Source: a virus (Duplodnaviria > Caudoviricetes). From it: a DNA stretch of 64,000 nucleotides. The DNA is taken from IMG/VR virus record IMGVR_UViG_3300011701_000001, positions 33,815 to 97,814 of that record; one strand, 5' to 3'. Shown here in pieces: positions 36,342 to 45,573 of the stretch. Each line of letters starts with the position of its first letter. Within the stretch, counting starts at the first letter, position 1. A program made the translations under genes and the position numbers. The notes beneath the pieces are model-generated. The model made no database searches. It was given only the letters and a program-made list of their open reading frames with translations, and was not told where the DNA came from.

Positions 36342-36662
36342 TTAGGCGTATGCTAGGGCATCCAATCCACGAACAAGATTACCCTTGATCACTTGGCATT
36401 CACCTAGTAAAGCAGTAGCTAGTTTTTTAAGGTTAGCACAACGACGACGGATTAATTTGTCAGCAACGGTTAAAGGTTTAAAAAAGCTACTAGTGATGAT
36501 TGAATCATGTTCTGCTTTAGTTACTACTACTAAATTATTAATGATGTTAGCAAATTTAGTAATCTTAACAAAGCGACCAGTTTTACGGTCACGTACACAA
36601 GAAACTTTACCGTCAACAAGGTGGATGATGTTAGTAGCAGTGCGGATAACTAAGTTTTTCAT
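36342..36662 (-). CDS. highly expressed early protein
   Basis: Start refined to MKNLVIR; strong codon bias; RDRKTGRFVK; own promoter and terminator. Confidence 0.7.
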   Translation of the reverse strand: MKNLVIRTATNIIHLVDGKVSCVRDRKTGRFVKITKFANIINNLVVVTKAEHDSIITSSFFKPLTVADKLIRRRCANLKKLATALLGECQVIKGNLVRGLDALAYA

Positions 36663-36708
36663 GATGTTGTTTCCTATATGGTTAAGCTTTATTACTTGGT
36701 ATGTCTTC

Positions 36709-36736
36709 ATTATATAGATTCTTAAAACTATTGCAA
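36709..36736 (-). promoter_or_regulatory. early sigma70 promoter
   Basis: TTGCAA-16-TATAAT, +1 ATACCAAG. Confidence 0.7.
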
Positions 36737-37370
36737 CAGCTATTTATACATTTAAATCAAAAATAACTAAAATATTTTACAAGTGTTTGTTTTAAAACAA
36801 TAAACAACATTAAATTTTATAAAGGATTTATCAAAGGATTAATGAAAAACATTTATTTAGGGATTATTGCCAGTGTTATCTATCATATCCATAACAAAGA
36901 AATAGCTATTAAAACTTTCAATCTGATGTTTATAGCTCAAAACCTTTGTTTATTGGATTTTTAGATTTAAGAAAATAATTGTTGATTTTTACTGAAGTTT
37001 TGTGTTAGTTGACAAATTGACAAGTACCACAGTTTTAATATGAAAGTCAACAAAAATTTAATTTTTCTTACTTCTATCATTTTAGCTAATATCGTTATCA
37101 GTTTTATAACTTTAGATATTTATAATATGTAGTTTTATATTCTATCATTTAATAATATATGATTTTATATTATATAAGTTACGATAAACGGTAAGCTTTG
37201 ACCAAAACGAAATGGCTGGTGAGTTTCTACTGAGCAGTCATTTTCACCCCCTCCCCACTCCTCATAATCGGCTAAAATCGGATATTTTTATATTTTTCGA
37301 TAATTCCCACCCCCAAATTTTTTCTGGGTAGCCTACACGTATAACAAACAAAAAAAAACAACTAATACCA

Positions 37371-37592
37371 TTAAGATATTAAGTGTAAGGTTAATTCTAT
37401 CAAAGTCACAACTAGGAATAACGCCGTAGTGATAATAGTTACAATCAGTCCGTAGTAGATAAAATCTTCATCAAAGTAATTTGTAAGGGATGTATTAAAC
37501 ACTGCATCAATAATAGTAGCAATCCCTGAAAACAATATAACACTAGCACCAATCACAACAGCTAAAGCCGCAACACAATAACTTATTAACAT
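37371..37592 (-). CDS. two-TM membrane protein
   Basis: SD AGGAGG; two hydrophobic helices. Confidence 0.65.
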   Translation of the reverse strand: MLISYCVAALAVVIGASVILFSGIATIIDAVFNTSLTNYFDEDFIYYGLIVTIITTALFLVVTLIELTLHLIS

Positions 37593-37709
37593 TTAAACCT
37601 CCTATACAAAATAGCCCCCTAAGCCCTCAAACTTTTTCGATTTTATGGGAAATTAAGGGAATATCTGGATATATCTATAACAACCTTTAAAGTTTATCTT
37701 TATAAACCC

Positions 37710-37895
37710 TTACGAATATATCATGTATACAATATAACAAGATAGCACAATTACAATAACAATAAACATCGTTAAACTGAAATCGTTTTTAACTTTGTTA
37801 TCTGCACCTGATAGTGATAACATAATAACACTAAATAAACTTACACCGAATATGAAACTTATGGTAAAAATAGTTAATAACTTATCTGGCAACAT
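37710..37895 (-). CDS. two-TM membrane protein
   Basis: SD AAGGAG; two hydrophobic helices. Confidence 0.6.
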   Translation of the reverse strand: MLPDKLLTIFTISFIFGVSLFSVIMLSLSGADNKVKNDFSLTMFIVIVIVLSCYIVYMIYS

Positions 37896-38126
37896 ATTAA
37901 ACTCCTTAAAGTTTATCGAAAGATTGAGCTAACAGTGTAACAAAGAATCCTAACCATATAGCAATCAAAGCTGTTGCTAATACGCTATCTTTTAACATTG
38001 CAATAAGTAAAACAAGAATAAGAATAGCAACAACAAAAAGAAGTACAATCATCTTAAACACCAATATAATTTAATATTTAATTAAATATACTTTAGCAAC
38101 AAAAAGAAGTCAACACCAAGAAGAAT

Positions 38127-38235
38127 AATAATTTTAATATTTCTAGTGCTACTGTTGTTAATGAAAACGAATGCAATGAAGTTTGAATGTTACAACACAA
38201 TATACAACAAAGACTACGAATGTAGGCTGTGGTTG
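38127..38235 (+). repeat. conserved hairpin element, copy B
   Basis: Aligns with 16684-16790. Confidence 0.65.
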
Positions 38236-38239
38236 GAGA

Positions 38240-38990
38240 TTCACTAAAGGGATAAACGGTAAGGTATTCCCTGTTGGTAAATTTTATAGTTAATTACGTT
38301 ACAGGGAATTTGTAACAGAGTAGTATTTATTTTTGTAACATGTTTAACCCATAATAATTTATAGATGAAAGTAAAAGAGACACCAACAGTACCCTACAAG
38401 AGATATAAAGAATAACGTTAAAAACACCAAAAGATAGTAATACTAAGGATTACAAGGGTATTGTAAAGAAACATAAAGGGTTAATAACGGAGATACTCTT
38501 ACAGTATTTTAATACTATTTTAGTATATCACTATTACTGCTAAAATAGTATCCCTTTATCTATAACTTTAATATAATAACATATTCCATTAGTGTATTTA
38601 TTAAACTATAACTAATTATAACAATAACATACTCTTATTATTTCTATTACTACATAATAAGAGGATTTTTATATCACTATTCTCCTAGTTACAATATAGT
38701 TACATATTAGTATAAGTAAAAATTACATATTTGGTTAAATAAAAGTTACTTATAAACCTGTTTAATATCCTATTAGTTTTGGGGTGTTGGGAGGCGACAG
38801 CCGACCATCCAACCCCTATTTTAGGGTTATTTTATAGATTATTTTAAACACTTTTAGACACTTGTTGTAAGTGAACAGTGCACAAGTATTCAATATTAGT
38901 TTAAATAACAGTAACTTAAATAGCACTTTCTTTAAAGGAGGGTATCTTTAGATGAGTAATAAAAAGTGTTGTTTTATAATTCTAGTTGGT
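38240..38990. other. long AT-rich non-coding region, candidate replication origin
   Basis: No ORF of 60 aa or more; GC-rich cruciform at 38781-38817; divergent transcription boundary. Confidence 0.35.
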
Positions 38991-39079
38991 GTAAACTCTG
39001 CATTAATAACTGACGGGTAAAGCGTACTTGAAAACGTGACTCATCAGTCATTTTATTTATATTTAAACAGGAGAAAACA

Positions 39080-40060
39080 ATGTCTTTAGAATTTACTAAG
39101 TTTCCATCTTTGGAGAATACATATCGTCAAAAAGAGATTGATAAGATTCAATCAATGATGATTAAAGATAAATGGGTAGTTACAGAGAAAGTTCATGGTG
39201 CTAATTTTAGCTTTTGGGTTACTAAAGATGATGGAGGTAATATTGAGATTAAATGTGCTAAACGTAGTGGTTGGATTGAAGAAGAGGAGAAGTTCTTTAA
39301 TTACAAGCCTGTTCTTGAGAAGTACAAAGATAATTTAATCCATCTTCGTAAATCAATACTAAGTGACTATGTTATTTATGGTGAATTATTTGGTGGTAAT
39401 ATTCAATCAGGTATGTGTTATTCAGAAGAACAAGATTTTGTTGCTTTTGATATGTGCTTCTTAAATGAAGATGGAACTAAGCATCCAATTGAAAAGAAAG
39501 CAGTAATGACATTAGAATCTGACTATAATATTCCTGTTGTTCCTGTTGTTGGTGTTTTTAACACATTAGAAGAAGCCTTAGAGGTTAATGAGAGTTTTGA
39601 TTCTTTATTGATGCGAGAAGGTTTTAGTGGTGATGATAAGCATAAAGAAGCTGAAGGTGTTGTAATTGAACCTAATACTCCAGTTTATGAACCTAATGGT
39701 AGTCGAATCTACTTAAAGAAAAAGACTAAGCGTTTCTTGGAGAAAAGTGGTAAACCAACAGTAAAACACAAACAAGTGACCACTTTAAGTCCTGTTGTTA
39801 AAGAAGTGCTAGAGCGATCAACACCGTATATCTGTAAAAATCGCTTCGATGCTGTTGTATCTAAGATTGGTGAAGTTACAATTAAAGATATTGGTAAAGT
39901 TATGGGTTTGATGACACAAGATATTATTGTGGATATTGAAAAAGATTTAGACATTGTTATTGATCAGATGTTTGATAACAAGGCAGATAAACAGAGTTAT
40001 ATGAAAAACTTGCAGAAATATGTACAAGATTTCATTAAACCGATTTTACTTATGAAGTAG
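39080..40060 (+). CDS. RNA ligase, Rnl2 family
   Basis: TEKVHGANFS (motif I), YGELFG, FVAFD, EGVVI, LKKK; helical C-terminal domain. Confidence 0.9.
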   Translation: MSLEFTKFPSLENTYRQKEIDKIQSMMIKDKWVVTEKVHGANFSFWVTKDDGGNIEIKCAKRSGWIEEEEKFFNYKPVLEKYKDNLIHLRKSILSDYVIYGELFGGNIQSGMCYSEEQDFVAFDMCFLNEDGTKHPIEKKAVMTLESDYNIPVVPVVGVFNTLEEALEVNESFDSLLMREGFSGDDKHKEAEGVVIEPNTPVYEPNGSRIYLKKKTKRFLEKSGKPTVKHKQVTTLSPVVKEVLERSTPYICKNRFDAVVSKIGEVTIKDIGKVMGLMTQDIIVDIEKDLDIVIDQMFDNKADKQSYMKNLQKYVQDFIKPILLMK

Positions 40061-40089
40061 TTTTTAAGTAGAGTTTCTTAAAATAACAG

Positions 40090-40111
40090 CCCTCCTCGTT
40101 TGGAGGGTTTT
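40090..40111 (+). terminator. intrinsic terminator
   Basis: CCCTCC-TCGTTT-GGAGGG then TTTT. Confidence 0.7.
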
Positions 40112-40146
40112 ACATTTATAAACATTAAGGAGGGTAGATACTCACA

Positions 40147-41508
40147 ATGACACAAGTTGTAGAAATTCTAGATGGAATTATGGGGAGTTGTAAGACAACA
40201 AACACTTGTAAATGGATGGAAGAAAATAATCATAAATATAAGTTCTTTTACATCTCCCCTTTGTTGGATGAAGTTAAAGATGGTGGTCGTATACAACAAG
40301 CCTGTCCAACAACAAGGTTTGTAGCCCCAATGACTGTTGAAGATGAGAAAGAATTGGATGACTCTCGTAAAAGAAACACCACAAGTAAACGCAAGGTTGA
40401 TGATTTACTTAAGTTGTTGAAACTTGGTGCTAACATTACATGTACCCATAAGCTTTACTTGTCTATGACAGATGAACACTTTGATGAGATGCGTAAACAC
40501 GACTATGTTCTTATTGTTGATGAAGAACTAGGGATGATTGATGACTACAAAAGCTACACTGCCCCAGATGTGCAATCCCTAGTTAAATTGAATTGCGTGA
40601 AGATACAAGAGAGTGATGGTATGTTGATATGGACTAAGGAGGATTTAGAGGAAGTTAATGATATAGGACACCAATACTACCACTTTAAACGTCATGTGGA
40701 TAATAATATGATTTATGTTAGTAAGCGTGATGCTAATATCTTTGTGTGTCAACTGCCCATTAAACTTATTACTGTTGCAAAACGGTGTATCATCCTGACT
40801 TATATGTTTGAGGGTAATGTCCTATCATCCTTTATTAGATTAAAAGGGTTGTCATATAAACCTTTTAATGAAGTAGAGATTAAAACAGTGGATAAGGACA
40901 ATATTAAAAACCTTGTTAAACTTTATCAACCTAAACATCCTAAGTGGAATAAGGAATTGAAATTGTCAGTGACAGCTTACCACAAGATGTCTGGTAATGA
41001 TCTAAAACACATTAGTAATTATATCTCTGCCATCTGTAAAGATTGTGGTGCTAGTGATTTAGATACAATGTTCACCTTTCCAAAGAATCGTTGCAACATT
41101 AGTGACAACAAGCAGACAATTAAGATTAAACCTAGAGGTTTGGTAGATAGTAAACAGAAGGAGAAAACCTCTCCAGAACAGATGTGTTGGATTGCAAGTA
41201 GTACAAGAGCCACCAACAAGTATCGTCACAAATGGTGTGTAATTCATGCCTATGATCGTTACCCAAATCAATCAGTAGCATCTTACTTACAAGACTTCAA
41301 CCACCCCATTGATGCGAAAGTATTTGCTATTAGTGAAATATTACAGTGGATTTGGAGAAGTCGTATTCGAGATGGTAAATCAATTAATCTGGCAATCTTA
41401 TCACCAAGAATGAAATTGCTATTTCTAAACTGGTTACACGATTTACCTCTGGATAATGATGATTACACTCATTTTGCTGACTACTTAAACAAGTGTAAAA
41501 ACACTTAA
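40147..41508 (+). CDS. SF2/DEAD-like helicase-fold protein, paralog 2
   Basis: DGIMGSCKT, LIVDEE, TYMF, ATNKYR, QWIWRSRIR. Confidence 0.7.
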   Translation: MTQVVEILDGIMGSCKTTNTCKWMEENNHKYKFFYISPLLDEVKDGGRIQQACPTTRFVAPMTVEDEKELDDSRKRNTTSKRKVDDLLKLLKLGANITCTHKLYLSMTDEHFDEMRKHDYVLIVDEELGMIDDYKSYTAPDVQSLVKLNCVKIQESDGMLIWTKEDLEEVNDIGHQYYHFKRHVDNNMIYVSKRDANIFVCQLPIKLITVAKRCIILTYMFEGNVLSSFIRLKGLSYKPFNEVEIKTVDKDNIKNLVKLYQPKHPKWNKELKLSVTAYHKMSGNDLKHISNYISAICKDCGASDLDTMFTFPKNRCNISDNKQTIKIKPRGLVDSKQKEKTSPEQMCWIASSTRATNKYRHKWCVIHAYDRYPNQSVASYLQDFNHPIDAKVFAISEILQWIWRSRIRDGKSINLAILSPRMKLLFLNWLHDLPLDNDDYTHFADYLNKCKNT

Positions 41509-41606
41509 TATTACCCATAACACCCCTTGCACACTTCAATAATTATTGATATATTATGTTCATACAAACGCAAATGTGCGAGGGACGTCCCCTCTCAGCT
41601 TATATT

Positions 41607-41641
41607 AGGAGAGTACCTTCTGGTACTAGGAGAAACAAATG
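41607..41641 (+). promoter_or_regulatory. double-SD hairpin translation element, copy 1
   Basis: AGGAG-AGTACC-TTCT-GGTACT-AGGAGAAACAA-ATG. Confidence 0.6.
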
Positions 41642-41854
41642 AATAATGTTATCAAGACTGCTACAGTGCGTGACTCAAAAGGTATTGATCATAATTTCAA
41701 TTTGATCAGAAGCATTGGTGGCTATACTTTCACTTGGGATGGAAAACCTGTTGATTGGTCATTCACAGTACATGGGTATAATCAAGCTGTTTGGCACTTA
41801 AAATCATATTTGCGAAGATGTCTTGGAGGTCAATCATATGAACTCTTGGGTTAA
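41639..41854 (+). CDS. hypothetical protein
   Basis: Strong SD. Confidence 0.6.
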   Translation: MNNVIKTATVRDSKGIDHNFNLIRSIGGYTFTWDGKPVDWSFTVHGYNQAVWHLKSYLRRCLGGQSYELLG

Positions 41855-41876
41855 CGATTAAATTAGGAGAAACACA

Positions 41877-42080
41877 ATGAAAGTCAAAACAGTTTGGTTA
41901 TTAGAAACACATGACACTGATGCTTACTACAACAAAGTTAATGTTAAACACATCGGATTGTTCAACACAAAAGATGCAGCTAAGGACTATGTAATATTAA
42001 TTTTAGGTAAAAGTGAAGAATACTTTGTTTGGTGTTGTAGTGTCACGAAATTAGAAAACATAGTTGATTGTACAAATTAA
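41877..42080 (+). CDS. hypothetical protein
   Basis: IGLF.TK..A motif; SD AGGAG. Confidence 0.6.
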   Translation: MKVKTVWLLETHDTDAYYNKVNVKHIGLFNTKDAAKDYVILILGKSEEYFVWCCSVTKLENIVDCTN

Positions 42081-42127
42081 TTTACATAAAATGTTAGGTC
42101 GGTATTATTAATTTTAGGAGAAACAAA

Positions 42128-42442
42128 ATGAGGTTAATTACAAAGCAAGATTTAGCGAACATAGCTAAAGATCGCTGGAAAGATCAATACTGTAGAAATG
42201 GTAGTTGGAGCATCTATGGTAGTGACAAGGAAGTTAAATACAACAATCTTGTAGCTTTAGGAGATGATCCATCACCAGACGATGTTAATAAAGTTATTGG
42301 TAACAATAGTTGGACAAACATAACTTGTTCTGGATGTAAAGAGAGTGTTGATTCTGTTGTAGAACTCGGTGAAGTAGGTTACGATACAGAGTATGTATAT
42401 ACTTGCAAAGATTGTTTAACAAAAGCTTTAGAGTTGATTTAG
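42128..42442 (+). CDS. hypothetical zinc-finger protein
   Basis: CSGC...CKDC. Confidence 0.65.
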   Translation: MRLITKQDLANIAKDRWKDQYCRNGSWSIYGSDKEVKYNNLVALGDDPSPDDVNKVIGNNSWTNITCSGCKESVDSVVELGEVGYDTEYVYTCKDCLTKALELI

Positions 42443-42452
42443 GAGAAACATC

Positions 42453-42647
42453 ATGAAAGATATACTAACACAATTGATTCAACGTGCAGAGAAACTTAAA
42501 GTAGAGGTTGAGAAACTTGAAAGCTTAGAGTTTGACTACCATACAATGTGTACAATTTCAGATTACACTGTTGTTCAGGATCAAAAGGAACTTGTTGAAT
42601 TCTTAACAGGTAAATTAAAGAATACTGTAAGTTTATTGGGAGAGTGA
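42453..42647 (+). CDS. hypothetical protein
   Basis: SD AGGAG. Confidence 0.55.
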   Translation: MKDILTQLIQRAEKLKVEVEKLESLEFDYHTMCTISDYTVVQDQKELVEFLTGKLKNTVSLLGE

Positions 42648-42648
42648 C

Positions 42649-42846
42649 ATGAAATTTTATAAGACATTAAAACCTGTTGAAACTTTAGGCATAGTTATCC
42701 CACCAAACACAACTGTTATCTTAAAATTCCAAAGTAAAGATGACACTGAACATGGTTGGTTTGAGTTCTTAGGACTTTACTCAGGATTAACTAAGATCAT
42801 CAAAATGAGTGAAGTTGAAATTGTTGAGGAGAATTATCAACCATGA
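42649..42846 (+). CDS. hypothetical protein
   Basis: Coupled ORF. Confidence 0.55.
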   Translation: MKFYKTLKPVETLGIVIPPNTTVILKFQSKDDTEHGWFEFLGLYSGLTKIIKMSEVEIVEENYQP

Positions 42847-43073
42847 ACATCAATAAAGATTTAGAAATATTCTTCAAGCAAAACTCTTGGGAGATTAATA
42901 AACTAAAAGGCGGTGATGTATTTTACTACATTGAAGATAATTTTAAACCAAGTTTACCAAGTTATGTAGCTTGGCATATTGAGAACCAAGAACTTGATGG
43001 AATTAAAAATGAATATGATCAAGGTTGGTATGATTGCTTGAAGATGATTGAACGATATTTTAATGGAGACTGA
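42843..43073 (+). CDS. hypothetical protein
   Basis: ATGA-coupled. Confidence 0.55.
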   Translation: MNINKDLEIFFKQNSWEINKLKGGDVFYYIEDNFKPSLPSYVAWHIENQELDGIKNEYDQGWYDCLKMIERYFNGD

Positions 43074-44013
43074 TGTGAGTGCTTTAATTATTCTTGGTAT
43101 CATTGCTGTAATGTTTATCATTTTTATTGCAAATATTAAACCAGAAGTTAAACAAGAACAAAGTGGTGTCACACTAACTGATGTGAAACGCAGGGTTGAA
43201 CAGTGGCAGAATGTGTCAAATCAATCAGAATACGATAAGATTATTAACTACATCAAAAACTTTAAATCTCATATCCAAGACATGAAGAAAGAGGGTGACT
43301 TACTTGGAGTGGATGGTGAGCTTTACCCTATTAGGGACAATTGGGTAGACTCTTATGACTCTCTAGGAAAACACATCCTTCGCATCAGAAAATTAGTTAG
43401 TATTGAGACAGGTTTTCACTCATTTGGAAGTAACAGTTTGGATTGTTATGAGGACTATAGGATTCATGGTTTTAGTCTAGATTCTGTGAATAAACTGGAA
43501 AAACTTTTGAGTGACTGCAAGATACACCAATCCACATTCTTTAAGTTGAAAAGTAAGTTTCCAAACATGTTAAACGGCTGGTATTCAATTAATAGTGGTG
43601 AGTATTACCTGAAGAAAGGCAATAAATTTGATCACGAAGATTTTCAGCAATACAACTACGATGTTTACAATTTTGAAGATTGGTCAACTGTCGATATAAG
43701 TCGTACAACTTTTGATATTAAAGAATTAACTCCATGTGAAAACCCAAAGCAAACACATTGGAAACACTTCTTAGAGATAGAAATGAAAACTAAGAAGAAA
43801 CGTGAAGAAGATTGTCACAAGTTTGTAGATGAGGTTTTATCTCAACAAAAAGAGTATAACGACTTGCAACTACAATATGAGATGATGCCTTCTGCACCAA
43901 TTTCAGATGCTATTAGTTTTAATAATTTCTGTAAGATAGTTAGTAAAAAGCATGGTTTCAAGGATTATGAAATTCAGAACTATTTAATGCTTAAACAAGG
44001 GAGTTTGAAATGA
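43048..44013 (+). CDS. membrane-anchored hypothetical protein
   Basis: N-terminal TM helix then about 290 aa soluble domain. Confidence 0.65.
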   Translation: MNDILMETDVSALIILGIIAVMFIIFIANIKPEVKQEQSGVTLTDVKRRVEQWQNVSNQSEYDKIINYIKNFKSHIQDMKKEGDLLGVDGELYPIRDNWVDSYDSLGKHILRIRKLVSIETGFHSFGSNSLDCYEDYRIHGFSLDSVNKLEKLLSDCKIHQSTFFKLKSKFPNMLNGWYSINSGEYYLKKGNKFDHEDFQQYNYDVYNFEDWSTVDISRTTFDIKELTPCENPKQTHWKHFLEIEMKTKKKREEDCHKFVDEVLSQQKEYNDLQLQYEMMPSAPISDAISFNNFCKIVSKKHGFKDYEIQNYLMLKQGSLK

Positions 44014-44408
44014 AAATAGAAATTATTAAGTCGCATGATATGTGGGAAGAAGATTGTTCAGGTTGGTACGATTTATATAAAGTGGATGATCATTACTTCT
44101 ATCCATTATCAGATTGGTGGGATAATGATAAGATTCCAGACGATCTATATGTTAAATTTACCGAAACAATTAACGGCAGTAAGACAACTTTTGATGATAT
44201 TATCAAATCCTTGTATTGGGATTTAGTTTTAACAAGCAATGATGTAGATTCTGATTTTGATACATGGTGTTATTATACAGAAAACTCAGTGAATTGGATG
44301 TTAAAGCGTATGAATCAGAAGTTTGGTATATCAATTGATGTTGTAGATCATGGTAAAAGGTATAGTGATATGTTAGCATTTCAAGAGAGATTTCGACAAA
44401 AGGAGTAA
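44010..44408 (+). CDS. hypothetical protein
   Basis: ATGA-coupled, acidic. Confidence 0.6.
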   Translation: MKIEIIKSHDMWEEDCSGWYDLYKVDDHYFYPLSDWWDNDKIPDDLYVKFTETINGSKTTFDDIIKSLYWDLVLTSNDVDSDFDTWCYYTENSVNWMLKRMNQKFGISIDVVDHGKRYSDMLAFQERFRQKE

Positions 44409-44411
44409 ATC

Positions 44412-44660
44412 ATGTTAATTAGATGTGAAATGAAATATAACGAAGCATTTGTACAGGCATTTGAGGATTGGTTACAAGATTCTTATCCTGATGATCATTG
44501 GATGTTGGATAAAGTTTTTGATAACTCTAAGTCACCGATCTATTGGGAGTATAAGAGTGATCGTGTTGAAGAAATGTTTGACTTATGGTTAAATGTTATT
44601 TATCAACAGAAAGTTAATCCAGAAAGGTTTAAGGATGTTGATGTAGATTATAAGTATTAG
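44412..44660 (+). CDS. hypothetical protein
   Basis: SD AAGGAG. Confidence 0.55.
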   Translation: MLIRCEMKYNEAFVQAFEDWLQDSYPDDHWMLDKVFDNSKSPIYWEYKSDRVEEMFDLWLNVIYQQKVNPERFKDVDVDYKY

Positions 44661-44671
44661 GAGATAAAGAA

Positions 44672-45043
44672 ATGGGTTTAGATATTTACTTTCTAGATGA
44701 TCAAGGCGAAGATATTCAGATGGATTCGCACTTACAGATTACTCACAATCTTAACACCATTCTAATAGAGCTAGATAAGTTTAAAGGCGGTGAAACTTGC
44801 TACTACAAATTAATCTGGAGACCTGATGAAGTTTTCAGTTGTGATAACGGTAAAGTTCCTGTTAACTTCGTCTTATGTCACTTAACAGAGGTGATTCAGG
44901 ATATATTACTCTATCAAGACAGTTTAGAAAAATACCTCCCTGATAACGGTTATGGTACTTTTCAGTGGTTATATTCTTTCTTGTGTGATTACCTAAAAGA
45001 ATGTTTATTACATCAAGACAGCTTTATCTACTGTTGTCGATAA
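44672..45043 (+). CDS. conserved phage protein (MGLD.Y family)
   Basis: MGLDIY, ITHNL, WRPDE, P.NG.GT. Confidence 0.65.
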   Translation: MGLDIYFLDDQGEDIQMDSHLQITHNLNTILIELDKFKGGETCYYKLIWRPDEVFSCDNGKVPVNFVLCHLTEVIQDILLYQDSLEKYLPDNGYGTFQWLYSFLCDYLKECLLHQDSFIYCCR

Positions 45044-45086
45044 GGATTGGAGGTTTATAATCAAAAACAGTTTCCTAAAAACACAC

Positions 45087-45260
45087 ATGATGCACCTAGA
45101 AACTCTCACACAGATTGTTCTAGGTAATATCATTGCATTAGTTATTTTGTTTTGGTTTGGCATGTCTCTGGAGCAATCCTTACACTTACAAATAATCTTC
45201 TTTGTGACAAGTTATATTCGTAGTTACTGTGTTAGAAGAGTGTTTAGTAACTTTCTTTAG
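45087..45260 (+). CDS. small two-TM protein (not in ORF track)
   Basis: MMHLETLTQIVLGNIIALV...TSYIRSYCVRRVF; GGAGG SD sits before in-frame ATA at 45057. Confidence 0.55.
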   Translation: MMHLETLTQIVLGNIIALVILFWFGMSLEQSLHLQIIFFVTSYIRSYCVRRVFSNFL

Positions 45261-45282
45261 CAAGAAACAATGAAATCTCACC

Positions 45283-45319
45283 AAAGGGAGTTGACAAATT
45301 GTTAGCTCCCTTTTATCAT
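45283..45319 (+). promoter_or_regulatory. terminator hairpin with embedded sigma70 promoter
   Basis: AAAGGGAGTTGACA/TGTTAGCTCCCTTT stem; TTGACA-17-TATCAT. Confidence 0.7.
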
Positions 45320-45366
45320 GTGTGAATGTTTATGGATGTATCTCTTAGTACTTGGAGAAAATTTAA

Positions 45367-45573
45367 ATGATTAAACTTGAAGATAAAAATCTACTTGATT
45401 TTTATGAAGACTATATGATTGCATATAACGGTGTTGTTTATTACTGCCAATTTTACCCTAGTGATGACTTCCCAGATAGAAAAGATAAGGGGATTTTTGT
45501 TATACAAAATCATTACGACACAGAGATTCTATGTTCTTATTGGGACGTAACAGTTGTTTGGAGCTTAACATGA
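45367..45573 (+). CDS. hypothetical protein
   Basis: SD GGAG. Confidence 0.55.
   Translation: MIKLEDKNLLDFYEDYMIAYNGVVYYCQFYPSDDFPDRKDKGIFVIQNHYDTEILCSYWDVTVVWSLT

Larger units (their letters stand above)
32520..37330 (-). other. putative early/terminal-repeat region
   Basis: Opposite strand to upstream block, low coding density, tiny novel genes, several strong promoters, G-rich/C-rich flanks. Confidence 0.45.

Noticed and set aside
36385-36717. 110-aa plus-strand ORF
   Set aside because: Antisense shadow of the codon-biased gene 36342..36662
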